Positions 28,251 through 40,974 of a stretch of 64,000 nucleotides of DNA are shown here, one piece after another. The stretch lies in assembly GCF_009914755.1 (NCBI RefSeq), contig NC_060925.1, one strand, 5' to 3'. This stretch comes from the human T2T-CHM13v2.0 reference genome, Homo sapiens. A program made the translations under genes and the position numbers. Every line of letters starts with the position of its first letter. The first letter of the stretch is position 1. The notes under the pieces were generated by a model. It was not told the origin of the DNA. It saw only the letters and a program-made list of their open reading frames with translations, and did not search any database.

Positions 28251-31200
28251 GAAGAGATCTGGAGCTGATGCTGGGGGTGCTAAGTCACTCACCACCCTGC
28301 GTGGCCCTGTACAAGTCACATCCCTCCCCATCTGTACAATGAATCATTACAAACTTTAATGATTCATTTGTGCTCGCCCACCCTGGAGTCTGATGAGTAA
28401 ATATTCACTAAGCACCTCCTGTGGGTGAGCCCCACACACACTGGGCAGGATGGGACCATTAGCGACCAACCAGTGACACATTGCCCCAGGACTGAGCAGC
28501 TCATGAACAAACAGGGCGATGAGGCCAGGACTCGAATGCAGGGGATGGTGAGTAGCACCTAGACACAGCTCAGGGACTCTGTGCATTCAGAAATAGGAGA
28601 GGCCCCAGTTCCCGGGGTGGAGGGAAGCAGCAGTTGCAGCATCTGAGACTGAGTCTGACCCAAAACCTGCTCCTGGCGTGGGAGTCTACAGAAAGGGCAT
28701 CTCAGGTGTGGCAAAGGCTCAGAGCTGGAAAGTCAGAAAGGATGCACTGGATCCCTTGGGGAGCTCGAGGGCCCTTCAGGGAGAAGAGGATGGAGCAGTG
28801 TTGTCACTCTGGTCTTGACTCAGTGCGGTTTTTTTGGACGCTCCCTGGAAAGCACAGGGATGGGCACGGGACCAGGCTTGCTTCCCTTCCCTCCCCAGTC
28901 CCTGTCCACGCCCCTCAGAGCACTGGGAGCCATCAAAGGGAGTGATTGAAGGCTAATCACAGCCACTTGGGTCTGAGGAGGGACCTGTCTCTCTCTCTGA
29001 GGACCCTCCAGCAAGGACAAGTGCAGGACAAAAGCCGTGCCTCCCTGCCTCATTAGCATCACACAGCCTGCCAGCCGGGCTCCCTTCCTCGCCTCTGCAG
29101 CCCGGCAACTGGACCAGCCAGCCGGGCTCTGGCTGAGCCCCAACCCAGCAGATGTGGACCCTAAAGGGGCCCATGGCCAACAGCCTCCCACCTCCCCTCA
29201 AAAAAACAAGCCAGGCAACCACCGCCTGTCCTGCCTGCCCCACCCCGTGTAGGCCTCTCCTTGTATTGTGGCCAGAAGCTGCTGCAGTGGCCAAAAACCC
29301 AAAGGACGCTGGAGACACATAGAATCCCTGAATGTCGGTGCTTAGGGTGATGGAAACTGAGATCTTAGAGATCCCAACTTTTACCTGCTACTAGGCTCGC
29401 TGAGCAGAATCTTACAATCTGAGGGTGTTGGCGCTGAGTTTACACTGCTGCTTTAGAATATGCTGTTGCCAAACAATAGAATGGCAGCCTCTTGGAGTGC
29501 CAGCTGCCCAGGACTTTGAGTCTTGAGCAGGGCTAGGCAGGTAGTGCATCAGAACTGTGAGGTCCCAGGCGATCCTGGGAAAGATTGGCTGGGGACTTGG
29601 GGCTGGGAGTGCTTGTGTGGGTCTGGATCCCACCTATTCAGGGGTAATGGAGGGGGGCGTGAGAGTGATGGGGAAGCCTGATAGCCCATTGAACACAGTG
29701 GCTCCCAGGGGATTGCTGGAGAGAGGGGCGGAGTGCAGAGAGTAGGAGCCTCAGCCAGCCCGTGTGGGAACTGCCAGAGGGCAGAAGGCGCAGCCCCCTC
29801 TGAGATCCCACAGAGCCTGGGACACAGGAACACCACAGGTCCCAAGCCGCAGAGGGTTAGCTGGGAAGAGCTGAGGACTCTGGGCTCCTGCGGCTCAGCT
29901 GGCTGAGCTGTCACCAGGCATAGGGTGGGAAAGGGTTTTCCAACTTGGTCCCGTAGCTCTACTCGGTCTTGGAAAGGCAGGGGTCTTGGGGACTCTTGTC
30001 ATGGGATGGCAAGGGTGTGGGAGCCAGGCAGGGGCAGGTGATGTTATCATCAGACCACCATCTGCATAAGTGAGACTGGGTCAGGAGACATTGTGTCTCC
30101 CCTAAATCAGGGAACTCATGAAATAATGCAGAGCCAAACTACCCCTCCCCCTGTATATGGGGCCCTCCCCTGATTTCCCCTCAGAGAAGTCCTGTCCTAA
30201 TAGCCTGGAACTGTGCAGTGCCTGTCTATAGTGATCATGGCAGTATTCAAGGGCTCACCTGATGTAGGGTACGGGTACTGGTTCTCCAAACAGTCCAGAA
30301 TGGAATCTCAGTTAGGCTTCTCTCTTAGCCACTTGACCTTGGGCAAATCACTTCTGTGACCTCAGTATTCCTCATCTGTAAAATGGGAGTAACTGTCCCC
30401 TCTACCCTGGATTCTAGGGAGGGAACAGCAGGACAACAGAAATGAAAGCACAGCCCTTGGACATAAACAGCACAAGGCTTAGAGCAGGTGAGGCTAAACT
30501 TTGGTGACTCACATCCTCTTTCTGAGCTTCCCAGGTCTGGGATGTGGAGGCCCCCGGCCTCCTTCTACCAACACTTGCTCTTTACAGAGGATTTGCATAA
30601 AGTCTTTTTACTCTGACACATCAGAGACTCAGCTCTGCTCTTCTCTGGGGACTGGCATCGTAATAGGAATGAAGTAGGATGGTGGAATGGGTGGAGAGGT
30701 TGGGGAAGTGTGCTGGGAAAAGAAAGAGCTGACTGAGGCTTGGCTGCAGGAGGATTCCAGGCTCTCCTGAGCTCCGGGCCTTCAAGTCCTAGGACCATAG
30801 CACCGCAGTCTTGCTTTTCTCAAACATATCCTGCTGTCTGACTCTGTGGAAGCAGGAAGACAAACTTTCCTGCCTCTCTCTAAGCAGCCTCGCTGTGCCA
30901 TGCTGTGAGGGCCTGCAGCTCTCTGACTCCTCGGTGGTCTCCCTGCCTTCAGTCTGGCCTTTCCACATTAACTAACCAGAGAGTCCCTAAAACACAGATC
31001 TGATGTCTTCCTACCTGCTCACAACCCTCTATGACTTCCCATTGCCTTTGCAGCATTCAAGGCCCTGAGACCTCATCAGCCCCAACACTCTCCACCGCAG
31101 GTGCCTTACCAGCTGCCCAGGCTGCAGCTTCCAAAGCACAGCCCACTCTTTCCCAAGGCTGTACCTCTGTCCTGCTGTTCCTGCTACCCTGAATGCCATT

Positions 31201-31424
31201 CCTCTCTTTGCATACCTGACAAATTCCTATTCATCCTTCAAGAACCAACTTCTTCTGGAAGCCTTGCTTGACCCCCAAGTGAGTCAGACTCCTGCCCTGG
31301 CTGACTTCTAGGGCAGCACTCCACATGCCTGCAACTACCTGATTGGCCTGCATTCCTAGAACTGCCCGGTTCAGCAAAGATGACAGTAAGTGTACAATGA
31401 CTTAATGAATTAGAGAGGCTAAAA

Positions 31425-31941
31425 CTGCGTTGTCCAGCATGGCAACCACTAGCCACACATGGCCCTTTACATTCAGAATAATTCAACTTAAAATTAATGT
31501 TGTTGGCCAGGTACGGTGGCTCACATCTGTAATCCCAGCACTTTGGGAGGCTAAGTCAGGCAGATCACGAGGTCAGGAGTTCGAGACCAGCCTGGCCAAC
31601 ATGGTGAAACCCCCACTCTAATAAAAATACAAAAATTAGCTGAGTGTGGTGGCAGGCACCTGAAGCTACTTGGGAGGCTGGGGCAGGAGAACTGCTTGAA
31701 ACTGGAAGGCAGAGGTTGCAGTGAGCTGACATCGCACCACTGCACTCCAGCCGGGGGAAAAGAGCAAAACTCTGTCTCAAATAAATAAATAAATCATTGT
31801 GTTAAATGAATAAAAATGCAATGAGCTGCACTAGTTGCACTGCAAGTGTTCAAGAGCCACATATAGTTAGTGGCTATAATATTGGACAGGACAGACACAG
31901 GACATTTCCATCATCACAAAAAGTTCTATTGGACAGTGCTG
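31425..31941. mobile_element. MER3-like hAT element interrupted by an Alu (31505-31793, plus)
   Basis: CTGCGTTGTCCAG...CCACTAGCCACA...AAAGTTCTATTGGACAGTGCTG. Confidence 0.8.
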
Positions 31942-32439
31942 ACCTAAGAGTGGTGATAGAACACCAGCAGATCTAGGTTCTAGCTTCAGCTTAGTTCCTG
32001 GTTCCTACTTTGCCTCTCTGAGACTTTCCTCATCTGTGCAGCCCATCCCACATGCTGTGCAAGGCCAAGCATAGACAGTACCTGACAAGGACATTCCACT
32101 GATTCCATCATCCCACTGCTTTGGATCAGACACACGTGGACTTGGGGAAGCAGATGGGCAGGCGGCACCTGGCTGCCTAGAGGTGAGGGACCCACCCTCA
32201 GGCTCCAGCAGCTCAGAATAACCCAGGGTCCAAAGCTAACCCAGTGAGTCTCCTAGGAAGGCAGGCTCTGCAGAGAGCACGGCCAGTGTGCATCTCTCCA
32301 TAGGCTTGAACAGGCCAGAGTGGGCCTGATGATCCCAAACTCATCTCTTCTGAACCCAGAGGGAGACCCAGGCAGAGCCTAGGGGAAGAGGCAGCTGCAG
32401 GGGCTGGTCCAAAGGGGAGGGGAGGAGTGGAGAGTCAGA

Positions 32440-32510
32440 AACGCGCTATCAGCACTGCCCGTCCTCCCCACTTCCTCTCTTCGAACGGATCACATCCTGT
32501 TATTGTGTGG
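32440..32510 (-). promoter_or_regulatory. TAL1 haematopoietic stem-cell enhancer core (human +20/+21, mouse +19), Ets/Ets/GATA
   Basis: Minus strand ACAGGATGT (32500-32492), GAGGAAGTG (32477-32469), TGATAG (32451-32446); ~20.3 kb from promoter 1a. Confidence 0.85.
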
Positions 32511-33120
32511 AAAGAAAAGGCCGGGAGCTGGGGAGGGAGGCAGAGCTCGGACCAAGCAAGTGGGGAGAGGTAGGAAGAGAAAGGAGGAGCCAGAGGAACA
32601 GGACAGTGGGCAGCAGGGAGCTCCACCAGCTCCGCCCTGAGCCAGGTGGCCTGGGCAGGAGTAGGGGACCCAGGAGGGAGGATGAGCATCCATGGGGCGG
32701 CCTGCATCCCCCATTGAGAGATGCTGGGGCCCAGGACAGAAAATGGCACTCCCTCCTGGAGGCTTTCCCCAAGCCTCTTCCTCAGGCTCCTTCAATTTAG
32801 CTAATGTTCACCCTGGTCTCTACTGCCAGAGCAGGATCTCCCGTGGCTACCAGGCCTCTCTCACACAGCACTTGCCTCCAGGGTGGAAGGGCTCTGTATC
32901 CATTCCCTTCACCCCACTTCCACCCAGCCTGTGAACCCCTGCAGACAGGGCCAGGGCAGTCCCTTGCTGGCTCCCCTGCACTGCTCAGCAGGAATTCCTG
33001 TTGCTGTGAATGATTAAGTTTCCCACATCTTCCTCTTCTTTCTGTCTTCTGCCATTCCCAAGCATACCCCCTATCCAAATCCCATTTCCACGAATAATAA
33101 CGGCTGTTTTCTATAAAACA

Positions 33121-33285
33121 TAAGCACTTCACATCCATTATTTTGAAATCCCATGACAGCTCTGCAAGATGGGTGTTAATATCTTCATTTAACCAATGAA
33201 GAAACTGAACCTCAGAGAGGTAAAGTGATTTACCCAAAGTCACACAGCTGGAACTTAAACCCAGTGGTCTGACTCCAAAGATCAG
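33121..33285 (-). mobile_element. MIR adjacent to the stem-cell enhancer (probable +18/+19 booster MIR)
   Basis: MIR core GAAACTGAACCTCAGAGAGGTAAAGTGATTTACCCAAAGTCACACAGC, ~650 bp from the Ets/Ets/GATA core. Confidence 0.75.
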
Positions 33286-35800
33286 CCTCTTTCTGTTGGC
33301 CCAGTTGCCCTTCCCATTCACTGCCTTCTGTGCCCTGGCCTCTCTCTTCTTGAACTGATACCAAATTGACTGCCCTGACTGTCCACTGGGCTTGTCCTCA
33401 AGTCGGGCCCACTGCTTGAGGCAAGCTGTCCAGCGCCCACACTGATTGCTCATAGTCCTAGCAGATTGCTGGGGCAGGCTGAGCTGCTGTGTCCCTGCAC
33501 AGCACAGGCCTATTTGCTCTAAGGACACCAACTACCTGTTGACTATTTTGTCTTCCTTTCCTGAGAGGTAGTGAGCACTGGCTCTGGACTCAGATCTGAC
33601 TCCAATCCTAGGTAACCTTAGTCAAGCTGCTTCCCCTCTAGGCCTCATTTCCTCCTCCCCACAATGGAGAGGATGACTTGGGTGACCCAGACTTACTCCC
33701 TACCTTACTCTGACTCACAGTTGCAGAGCCTCTGTTGCTGGACACCATGCCCAACACCATGGCCTGTGTCCCCATGGGCTGGTCAGTGGTACTTTACTCG
33801 TTCGCAAGGGCAGTGGGGCCAGAGGGGGAACACTGGCTTCTAGGGAACAGTTAGTTGTTTTGCACATAGGGAAGGAGGTAGCGGGCAGGCATGAGGAGGC
33901 TGGGCTGCCATGAGCAGACCAAATCAACAGCCTCCCAATCTTCCTATCTCCCCACCTCACCCCACCCAGCTCCAGTATGATAACCAGGCAACTGCGGCCC
34001 AGCCCAAGAAAGCCCACACTTGTCCTCCCTCTGCCCACAGCAACAAAAGCAGTGCAAGGGCAGAGCTGTACATCTGCCCCTGACTAGCTCAGGACCATGG
34101 CTACAGCAGAAGGCACTGGAGCTGCATCTCTGTAACAATGATTCTGCCTCCCACCCATCTCCACTCTTTCATTCCATGCCGGCCTCAAAACTGAGATTCT
34201 ACACAGGGGAACCTTCTCATTCGGCAAATGCTGAAAGGAACCTGTGCCAGGTCTATCATAGGGTGCTGGAGGCGAAGAGATAGATCGCACGTGATATTGC
34301 CTCAAGGAGCTCATGTTTTAGTGGGAAAGCAGACAAGGAAAGGAAGGCCCGTGGGGGGCACCAAGGAGGCAGTTGACCCCATAGAGTAGTCAGGACAGTT
34401 TGCTGGATGTTGAGGACAAGTTAACCAAATGAAAGGAGGGCAGAAAGAGAGGATGGGTAGATTGTCCTGGGAAAAAGAAACAAAAGGTGCAAAAACTGGA
34501 AGGTCATTAAAAAAAATAAAATAATGTGATCTGGAATAGAAAGGATGGTACAATCGGAGCAAAGAGAATAAAAAAGTGGTGAGGGTTGAGGCTGACCGGG
34601 TCAGCAGGGCCATTTCAGGCAAGGCCCCAGTTGCAGCTCTTTTCCCTGGAGGACAGAAGGGCCCCCAGTGCCTCAGGGACTGAGCTGTCCTGGGAGGTGG
34701 GAAGTCTGGTCCTCCCCTGCCGATCACTATGGGATGTGTGGCCCTGGAAAGACTCTTTTCCTCTCTGGCCCTGTCTCCTCTTCTGGAGACATGTACACTA
34801 GCCCACATGGCCCCCCAGGGTCAGGCCAACCTGGACATTCTATCACCTCATCGTTTCTGCCTTGCTGGCCGCAGAGTTCACGGGCCCTTCCAGACCTCAG
34901 CGTGGAATGCCTTGCCCTCTCCTGGGAAAAATCCTTCTGGAAATGGTGCTCCTCTCTTCCCATTCTTTAGTCCAGGACAGTGAGGCTTCTGCCTCTATCC
35001 CTCCCCTGGTGTCACTGTCATCCAAGTCATCAGTGACCTCCATATTGCTAAATCCAATCAACACTTGCAGGCCTTTCTTGCCTGACCACTCAGCTGCGCT
35101 GGACTTGCCTAACCACTTCCCTCACCCTTTTCCTCTGAAACGCCACAGTCTCTAAAACAGCACACTCTCTGTTTTTCTCCTTCCTCTCTGATTGCTCTTT
35201 CTCATTTCTCTCCCTCAAGCCCTTAACCACAGGTCCCTTCCTCATACTGCTCCTCTCACCTGTGAGCACAGACCAGGCCAACACCACCACTGCTGAGATC
35301 CACAGCCAGCTCACCCCACGGCTAAATCTCACCATCCTATCATCCCAGGTACCTCCTTGTCCTGTGCCAGGGAGAGGCACACCTGGGAGCTTCCAAAAAC
35401 CAAGGAGCTTCTCTACAGGGCAGAGCATGGTCCCCAAGGACTACCCTGCCTCTGCCCTCCTATCTGTGGTTGGAAGCACCCTGAGGACAAGAGCAGCCAA
35501 GTCAGAGCCTAGCAAGATGAACAAGGCTCACCCCAAAAAAGCCAGAGTTATCTGTGAGGTCCTTGAACTCACCTCTTGGCACAACTTTTTTCTTAATACT
35601 AATCACTTTGTAACTTACTACAGAATCAACATATTTATTACAGTTGTGTGTGTCTGTGTGTTTACCGTCTCCCCTGCTAGAAGTTAAGCTCCACCAGAAC
35701 AAGAACAGGGATCTTTGTTTTATTCAGTGTGGGATCCCCGGTACGTAGAACAATACCAGGCCCATACTAGATGCTCAATAAATATTTGTTAAATGAAACA

Positions 35801-36000
35801 GGGTGCCAGTTCCACATGCTGTAGTCCTAACTACTCAAGGGACTGAGACAAAAACCTTCTGGTTTTTGCACCTTTTGTTTCTTTTTCACCTTGATGGCCC
35901 TTGAACTCCTGAGCTCAGTTCAAGATCAGCCTGGGCAAAGGCTAGAAGAAGCAAGATCCCATATCTTGAAAAAATATATAAATAAATGAAAGAAAGAAAG
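35801..36000 (+). mobile_element. Degenerate Alu monomer (FLAM/FAM-like) carrying a foreign 34-bp insert
   Basis: CTGTAGTCCTAACTACTC...AGTTCAAGATCAGCCTGGGCAA...A-rich tail. Confidence 0.7.
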
Positions 36001-36714
36001 GAAGGCATGATACTTCATTAGAAGTGCCTGCATGACCTACTGAAATCCCTGAGGATCAAATGGTCCACATGCAGTGGCTTCCCCCAGACCCAGGTGCTGT
36101 GCCCTTTGTTTTATTTTTGGAAAAGAATAAGGGTTGTATCATCTAAACCACATTTCCATTCCTGAGCCTCCAGGGAAGTCCTCCCAGATGATATGGAGCC
36201 TGCCACAGAGCCTCCACTCTCGACTTCCATTACCTTCAGACTTCATCTCTGAGTCCCCAATCCTTAAGAGCCAGGCATAAGAGCTGCAGCCGCCGCTGCA
36301 GCCGTTGAGTCATCAGGGAACCTGGGGCCCTCCTATGGTATGGCCTTAATCTGTCCTGAACCTAGGATACATACAACTGTCCCAGCCATGGAAGCTCACC
36401 CCAACACAAAGAGGGGATGTCTGCTGAGGCTTCCTGAGATACAAGCATGGGTGCATGAAGCCGAGGGGACAGGCCCCCTCTATGAGGCCTGTGGAGAGAA
36501 AGAATGGAAACCCTGTGGAGGAAGGCTGTCTCCTCCCCACCAGGCCTGCCTTCAGGGTTGAGGGTGGAATCCCACTTCCTAAGACTACAGCTGAGTCTTG
36601 GAGGCTCCCCATGTCAGGAGAAACAGGTTCTTGCCATGACTTTTCTTTCAATATCCCGTCTCAGGCCTAGGGGTGCAATGCAAGCACAGAGTCCTAAGGC
36701 CCCTTTGTAAAACT

Positions 36715-36720
36715 TTTATT
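36715..36720 (-). terminator. TAL1: TAL1 distal polyadenylation signal AATAAA
   Basis: TTTATT on + strand; UGUA element ~35 nt upstream in sense. Confidence 0.75.
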
Positions 36721-37505
36721 TAGAAATCTTCCCGATACATCCTCACATATATATACACATCATCACCACATGGGTTTTTTTTGCTAAAGAGTCACACACC
36801 CACAGTGTTGGCCTCTGGGCTGTACAAAGGTCAAGGTACCTGGAGCGGTTACTCCTCTTCTGCAGAAAAATGCAGAGACCAACGCAATTCATCACATACA
36901 GTACAACGTTGACGGAAAGTGCTGGGCCCGCCCACAGAAACAATGCACTATGTACACGGGCAGGGGGCAAGTCTTCAGCAGAGGGTCACGTACCATCGAA
37001 ATCACAAGTACGGCCAGACCCACCCCCAAAAGGCCGAAATAGTTGTCGGCTGACTACAGATGCTGTGCCCTTTGTTTTATTTTGGAAAAGAATAAAGGTT
37101 GTACCATCTTGTCATCTGCCATAACAAATAAAAGAATATGAATTTGTCTTAAAAGATGTGATTCCCTTCAGTGGTTATGGTCATCTTTGTTCTCAAAATG
37201 TTGTTTTGTTTTGTTTTACCTTTATGTTCTTTCCCCTTTGTACAGATGCTATTCTTGGAATGTTGCCAGTTTTTCATGGGTAACAAGGAAGGAGAGGAAG
37301 GATAAGGTCATGGGGTACAGAGGGTGAAAATAAAAATTACAGATCTTCTTTAGTTCTTACAAAGACCTAAAGACTTGCCCTTTCCTACCAGGCTTGTTTT
37401 GGGTAGTTGCATTACATTTTACACAGTCTGCCAGTGTTCCCATATCTCTTTTCCATTCTTATTACTGTCCCTGGCCTTGGAACAAGATAGAAATTAAGAC
37501 AATCT

Positions 37506-37820
37506 GGGCTGGGTGCAATGGCTGACACCTGTGATCCCAGTGCTTCTGGAGGCAAAGGCAGGAGAATTGCCTGAAGCCAGGACTTCAAGACCAGCCTGGG
37601 CAATATAGCAAGACTCCATCTCTACCAAAAAAAAAAAAAAGTAAAAATTAGCCAGGTGTGGTGGCTCACACCTGTGGTCCTCCCTACTCGGGAGGCTGAG
37701 GTGAGAGGATTGCTTGAGCCCAGAGTTCAAGGCTGCAGACAGCAATGATGGCACCACTGTACTCCAGCCTGAGTGACAGAACAAGACACCGTCTCTCACA
37801 CACACACACACACACACACA
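37506..37820 (+). mobile_element. AluJ-like element with (CA)n tail inside the TAL1 3'UTR (antisense to TAL1)
   Basis: Diverged two-arm Alu; TSD-like AATCTGG on both sides. Confidence 0.92.
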
Positions 37821-40128
37821 AATAGATAATCTGGAGAAATGAGGACAATCTCAATAACTCAGGCCAAAGCGGTTTACAATCTAAATTACCCAAATGCTGG
37901 GCAGTCAGGCACACCGGCCTACTGCCTAGGTCGTGGACTCAGGCTGCGAAACCCCACTGCAGGATTGAGATTGAGGGAAAAGAAAAAGTTCTTTACGTTC
38001 TCAAAACTGTCTACTTTCATGATCCCATTCAGTCCACACCATAGCCCTAGGAGATAGGCCAAGCCAGAGTCACATGGCAAGTCTGAAAGAAGAGGGAGCC
38101 AGAAGTTTGAGTTCTTAATAAAATATGTGATCCATCTCATAAAACCCATCCACCCATCCATACTGTGGCTACTTCTCATTCCTAACTCAAGCGAATCCAC
38201 GGTGAAGCAAACAGCCTTAGATCCTACAGCAATGACTCTATCTTTAGACAGATGGGGCTCCTCACAGGATCTTCCAAACGTTGGAAAGGAACCAACCCTA
38301 ATTTTCACCAAAACATGATCTGGGGAGCCTGAAATTGAATGGACAGCCTGAGTGCTACAAAGGTGAACAATGTTGCCCCAAGCTCGAGAATTGGACCTTA
38401 CTTAAAAGGAAGGGGAAAGGAGCAGACATATTCTCTGTCTGTACATGGCTGAATTAGGGCCCCATCATGGTGAGGACAAGCCACTAGGCTGAAGCCCAAA
38501 CTATAAGGGGGGGCTTTCCAGACAGCCACAGTGATGAGTTCTTGCATGGCAGGACAGGGCCACAGGCTATCTCTCCTCTGACCTCGAAGGCAGAGCCTAG
38601 AGGGAGAGGGCTAGGGTGACTTAAGGGTACAATGACAGACATACAGGACTTCTGTGCAATTTGTCCCATGGGCTTAGATGCAGGTCACAGACAGGCCTCA
38701 CCTTAAGAAAACCACATCCCACCATCTGGATTGACACAGGAAATCAATGAAGGGGCAGTGGTTCATTCTACAAAAGGATTCTTCACTTTACAAAAGGACT
38801 TGCAGTGGTTATTTCTTTAAAAGATGAAGGATAAGGATGTGATTTACAAAAATTTCATGTACAACTTTCAGAGGGGAGCACTTCTATTGCATTAAACCAA
38901 CCTCCCAGACGCACCCTTGATGACCAAAAGCTGCACAACTGAGGGGTGTTTAAGGTTCTGCTAAGTGAATGTGCATATGTTTGGGTCTTAGCCAGGGCCT
39001 GGTCTCTGATTGGATTTCCCATACCCTAGAAGTGAGGCTGGATCCTGGTCCTATTGAGCGCTAAAGATTCCACCAATAACTGAAGTCAAGCAAAAATTCC
39101 AAATGCAAAGCATTCATAGGACAGGTTTTGTGCTCAATTCGGAACATAGACCAGACCATCAGCAAACAGACATCTTACAGCAAAGAAATCCCTCTAAGCA
39201 TCCAGGAGAATGCACAGATGGGGCTGCGCATCTACTCAGCACCAGCGTACGCCCATCAGCACACTGGCATTCACTCGCCAGCATGAACAGTGATGTCGAG
39301 GAGTTGAAGCCCACATGCCCAAAATATCTCTTGCTCCATATCACTCTACTATCATTGTCCCTTTCTCTGCCTTCACACAAAGCCCGACAGGGCTTTCTCA
39401 GGGCTGCAGACATTGTCTCCACAGCCACAGGCTTAGGAAGGCAAGTCTCATTGGGGAGAAAGCAGAACTTTGATCCCCAGGGCAAGAAGTAAGGGCGACT
39501 GGGTTTCCTGACCCTCCGGCCCAGCTCATCTAGAGCAGACTGTCCACTGATCATCTTCTTCAACCAGGCCCTGAAGAAGGCACCTCGAGGCTTGTGACTC
39601 TGCAGCATCTGGCAAGCTGGATGGATCAACATAGGCCTGGGTGAAGATGGGGCTCACGAAATGGGCAGCTATTGGGTACCTATAAATATGGACAGAAGTG
39701 GCCACACAGGCCACCCCAGCCAGCTTGGGAGGGGCTAAAGGCAAGGCAGAGACTGCTGGATGCCTCAGATGAGAGCTGACAACCCCAGGTCTTAGGAAAG
39801 ACAGGGATCCCAAACTCCAGGCCAAAAGCAGTGACAACTCCAGCCTCTTACTTGGGAAGGATTTGGGACTGAGGGAAGAGGGAAGACCGTGCCGTCTTCA
39901 CAAAAAGTACCTACCACTTTGCTCCATTTTTCTGATCTCCTACTGGTACAGGAAACAGAAAAGCCAGCCCCAGGGTCAGTAAAGGCTTCCCAAAGTTCAG
40001 ACATCCAGGAAAGTTCAAGTCCACCGCCTTGCTTCAGAGCCGCCCAATTCTCACCCCACCTGCCCTGAAGCCCACCATCCCAGCAGCCTAAGAACGCCCT
40101 CCTGGCTGATCCTGGTGGCCCAGACCCA

Positions 40129-40583
40129 TCACCGAGGGCCGGCTCCATCGGCGGCAGGCAGCATGGCAGGATGGAGGCTGCGGGCCGTGTGCTTGGGCGC
40201 GGGCTCCTCCGTGTAGCTGTCCGGGCTGGCTGCCCCATCCAGGGAGCTGCCGCAGCTGGAGTTGGGGGAAAGCACGTCTTGCAGGAGGTCATCTGGGGGC
40301 GCGCCGCCCCCTCCCCCACCTCCACCCCCACCAGCCCCCACCACAGGGTCCTTGCCAGTCTTGGCCCGCTGGGTGCCCTCCTCCTCCTGGTCATTGAGCA
40401 GCTTGGCCAAGAAGTTGATATACTTCATGGCCAGGCGGAGGATCTCATTCTTGCTGAGCTTCTTGTCCGGGGGATGTGTGGGGATCAGCTTGCGGAGCTC
40501 GGCAAAGGCCCCGTTCACATTCTGCTGCCGCCATCGCTCCCGGCTGTTGGTGAAGATACGCCGCACAACTTTGGTGTGGGGAC
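40129..40583 (-). CDS. TAL1: TAL1 last coding exon 6: bHLH domain ([52 protein letters not shown]), poly-Gly tract, C-terminus ...DGAGPR*
   Basis: Acceptor ccAG|GT, TGA at 40131-40129; the three exons total 996 nt = 331 aa + stop. Confidence 0.99.
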
Positions 40584-40974
40584 CTGGAGATTAGGAGGAC
40601 AAGAGTTAGGAGAATGGGCTTGAGATTCCTTCCCCAAAGGCATCTCCATACATTGGGAAACTTGGGAAGCCTAGAATGCCTACTTTCCTTTTACTTAGAA
40701 AACATCCACCCTTCAAATTCAAGTTCCTGTGCTTCCTCATCTATGGGAACTTCCTCAACCCCTCCAGACAGATGTAACCAACCACCACGATACCGCAATC
40801 CCTGGAGTTCCATCACTCTTGATCATTACTTATGTTTCTGTGCTTGTCTCCCTCCCTGGGCTGTGATATATTTGAGGACAGGGACCGTATGTTATTCATT
40901 CATCCATTCACTTGTGCCAAGAGGCCTTACAGCTATGTCTAAGGAGACAGACTCCATTCCTATTTGACTACCCC

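Larger units (their letters stand above)
36695..40128 (-). other. TAL1: TAL1 3'UTR (~3.4 kb) containing an antisense AluJ
   Basis: Runs from the stop to the AATAAA at 36720-36715; length agrees with the known long TAL1 3'UTR. Confidence 0.8.

Noticed and set aside
32797-33531. 244-aa minus-strand ORF near the stem-cell enhancer
   Set aside because: Runs through a MIR (CVTLGKSLYLSEVQFLH is a typical MIR translation); non-ATG start; no splice context.
39792-40623. Alternative-frame and antisense ORFs over TAL1 exon 6
   Set aside because: Expected shadows of a GC-rich coding exon.
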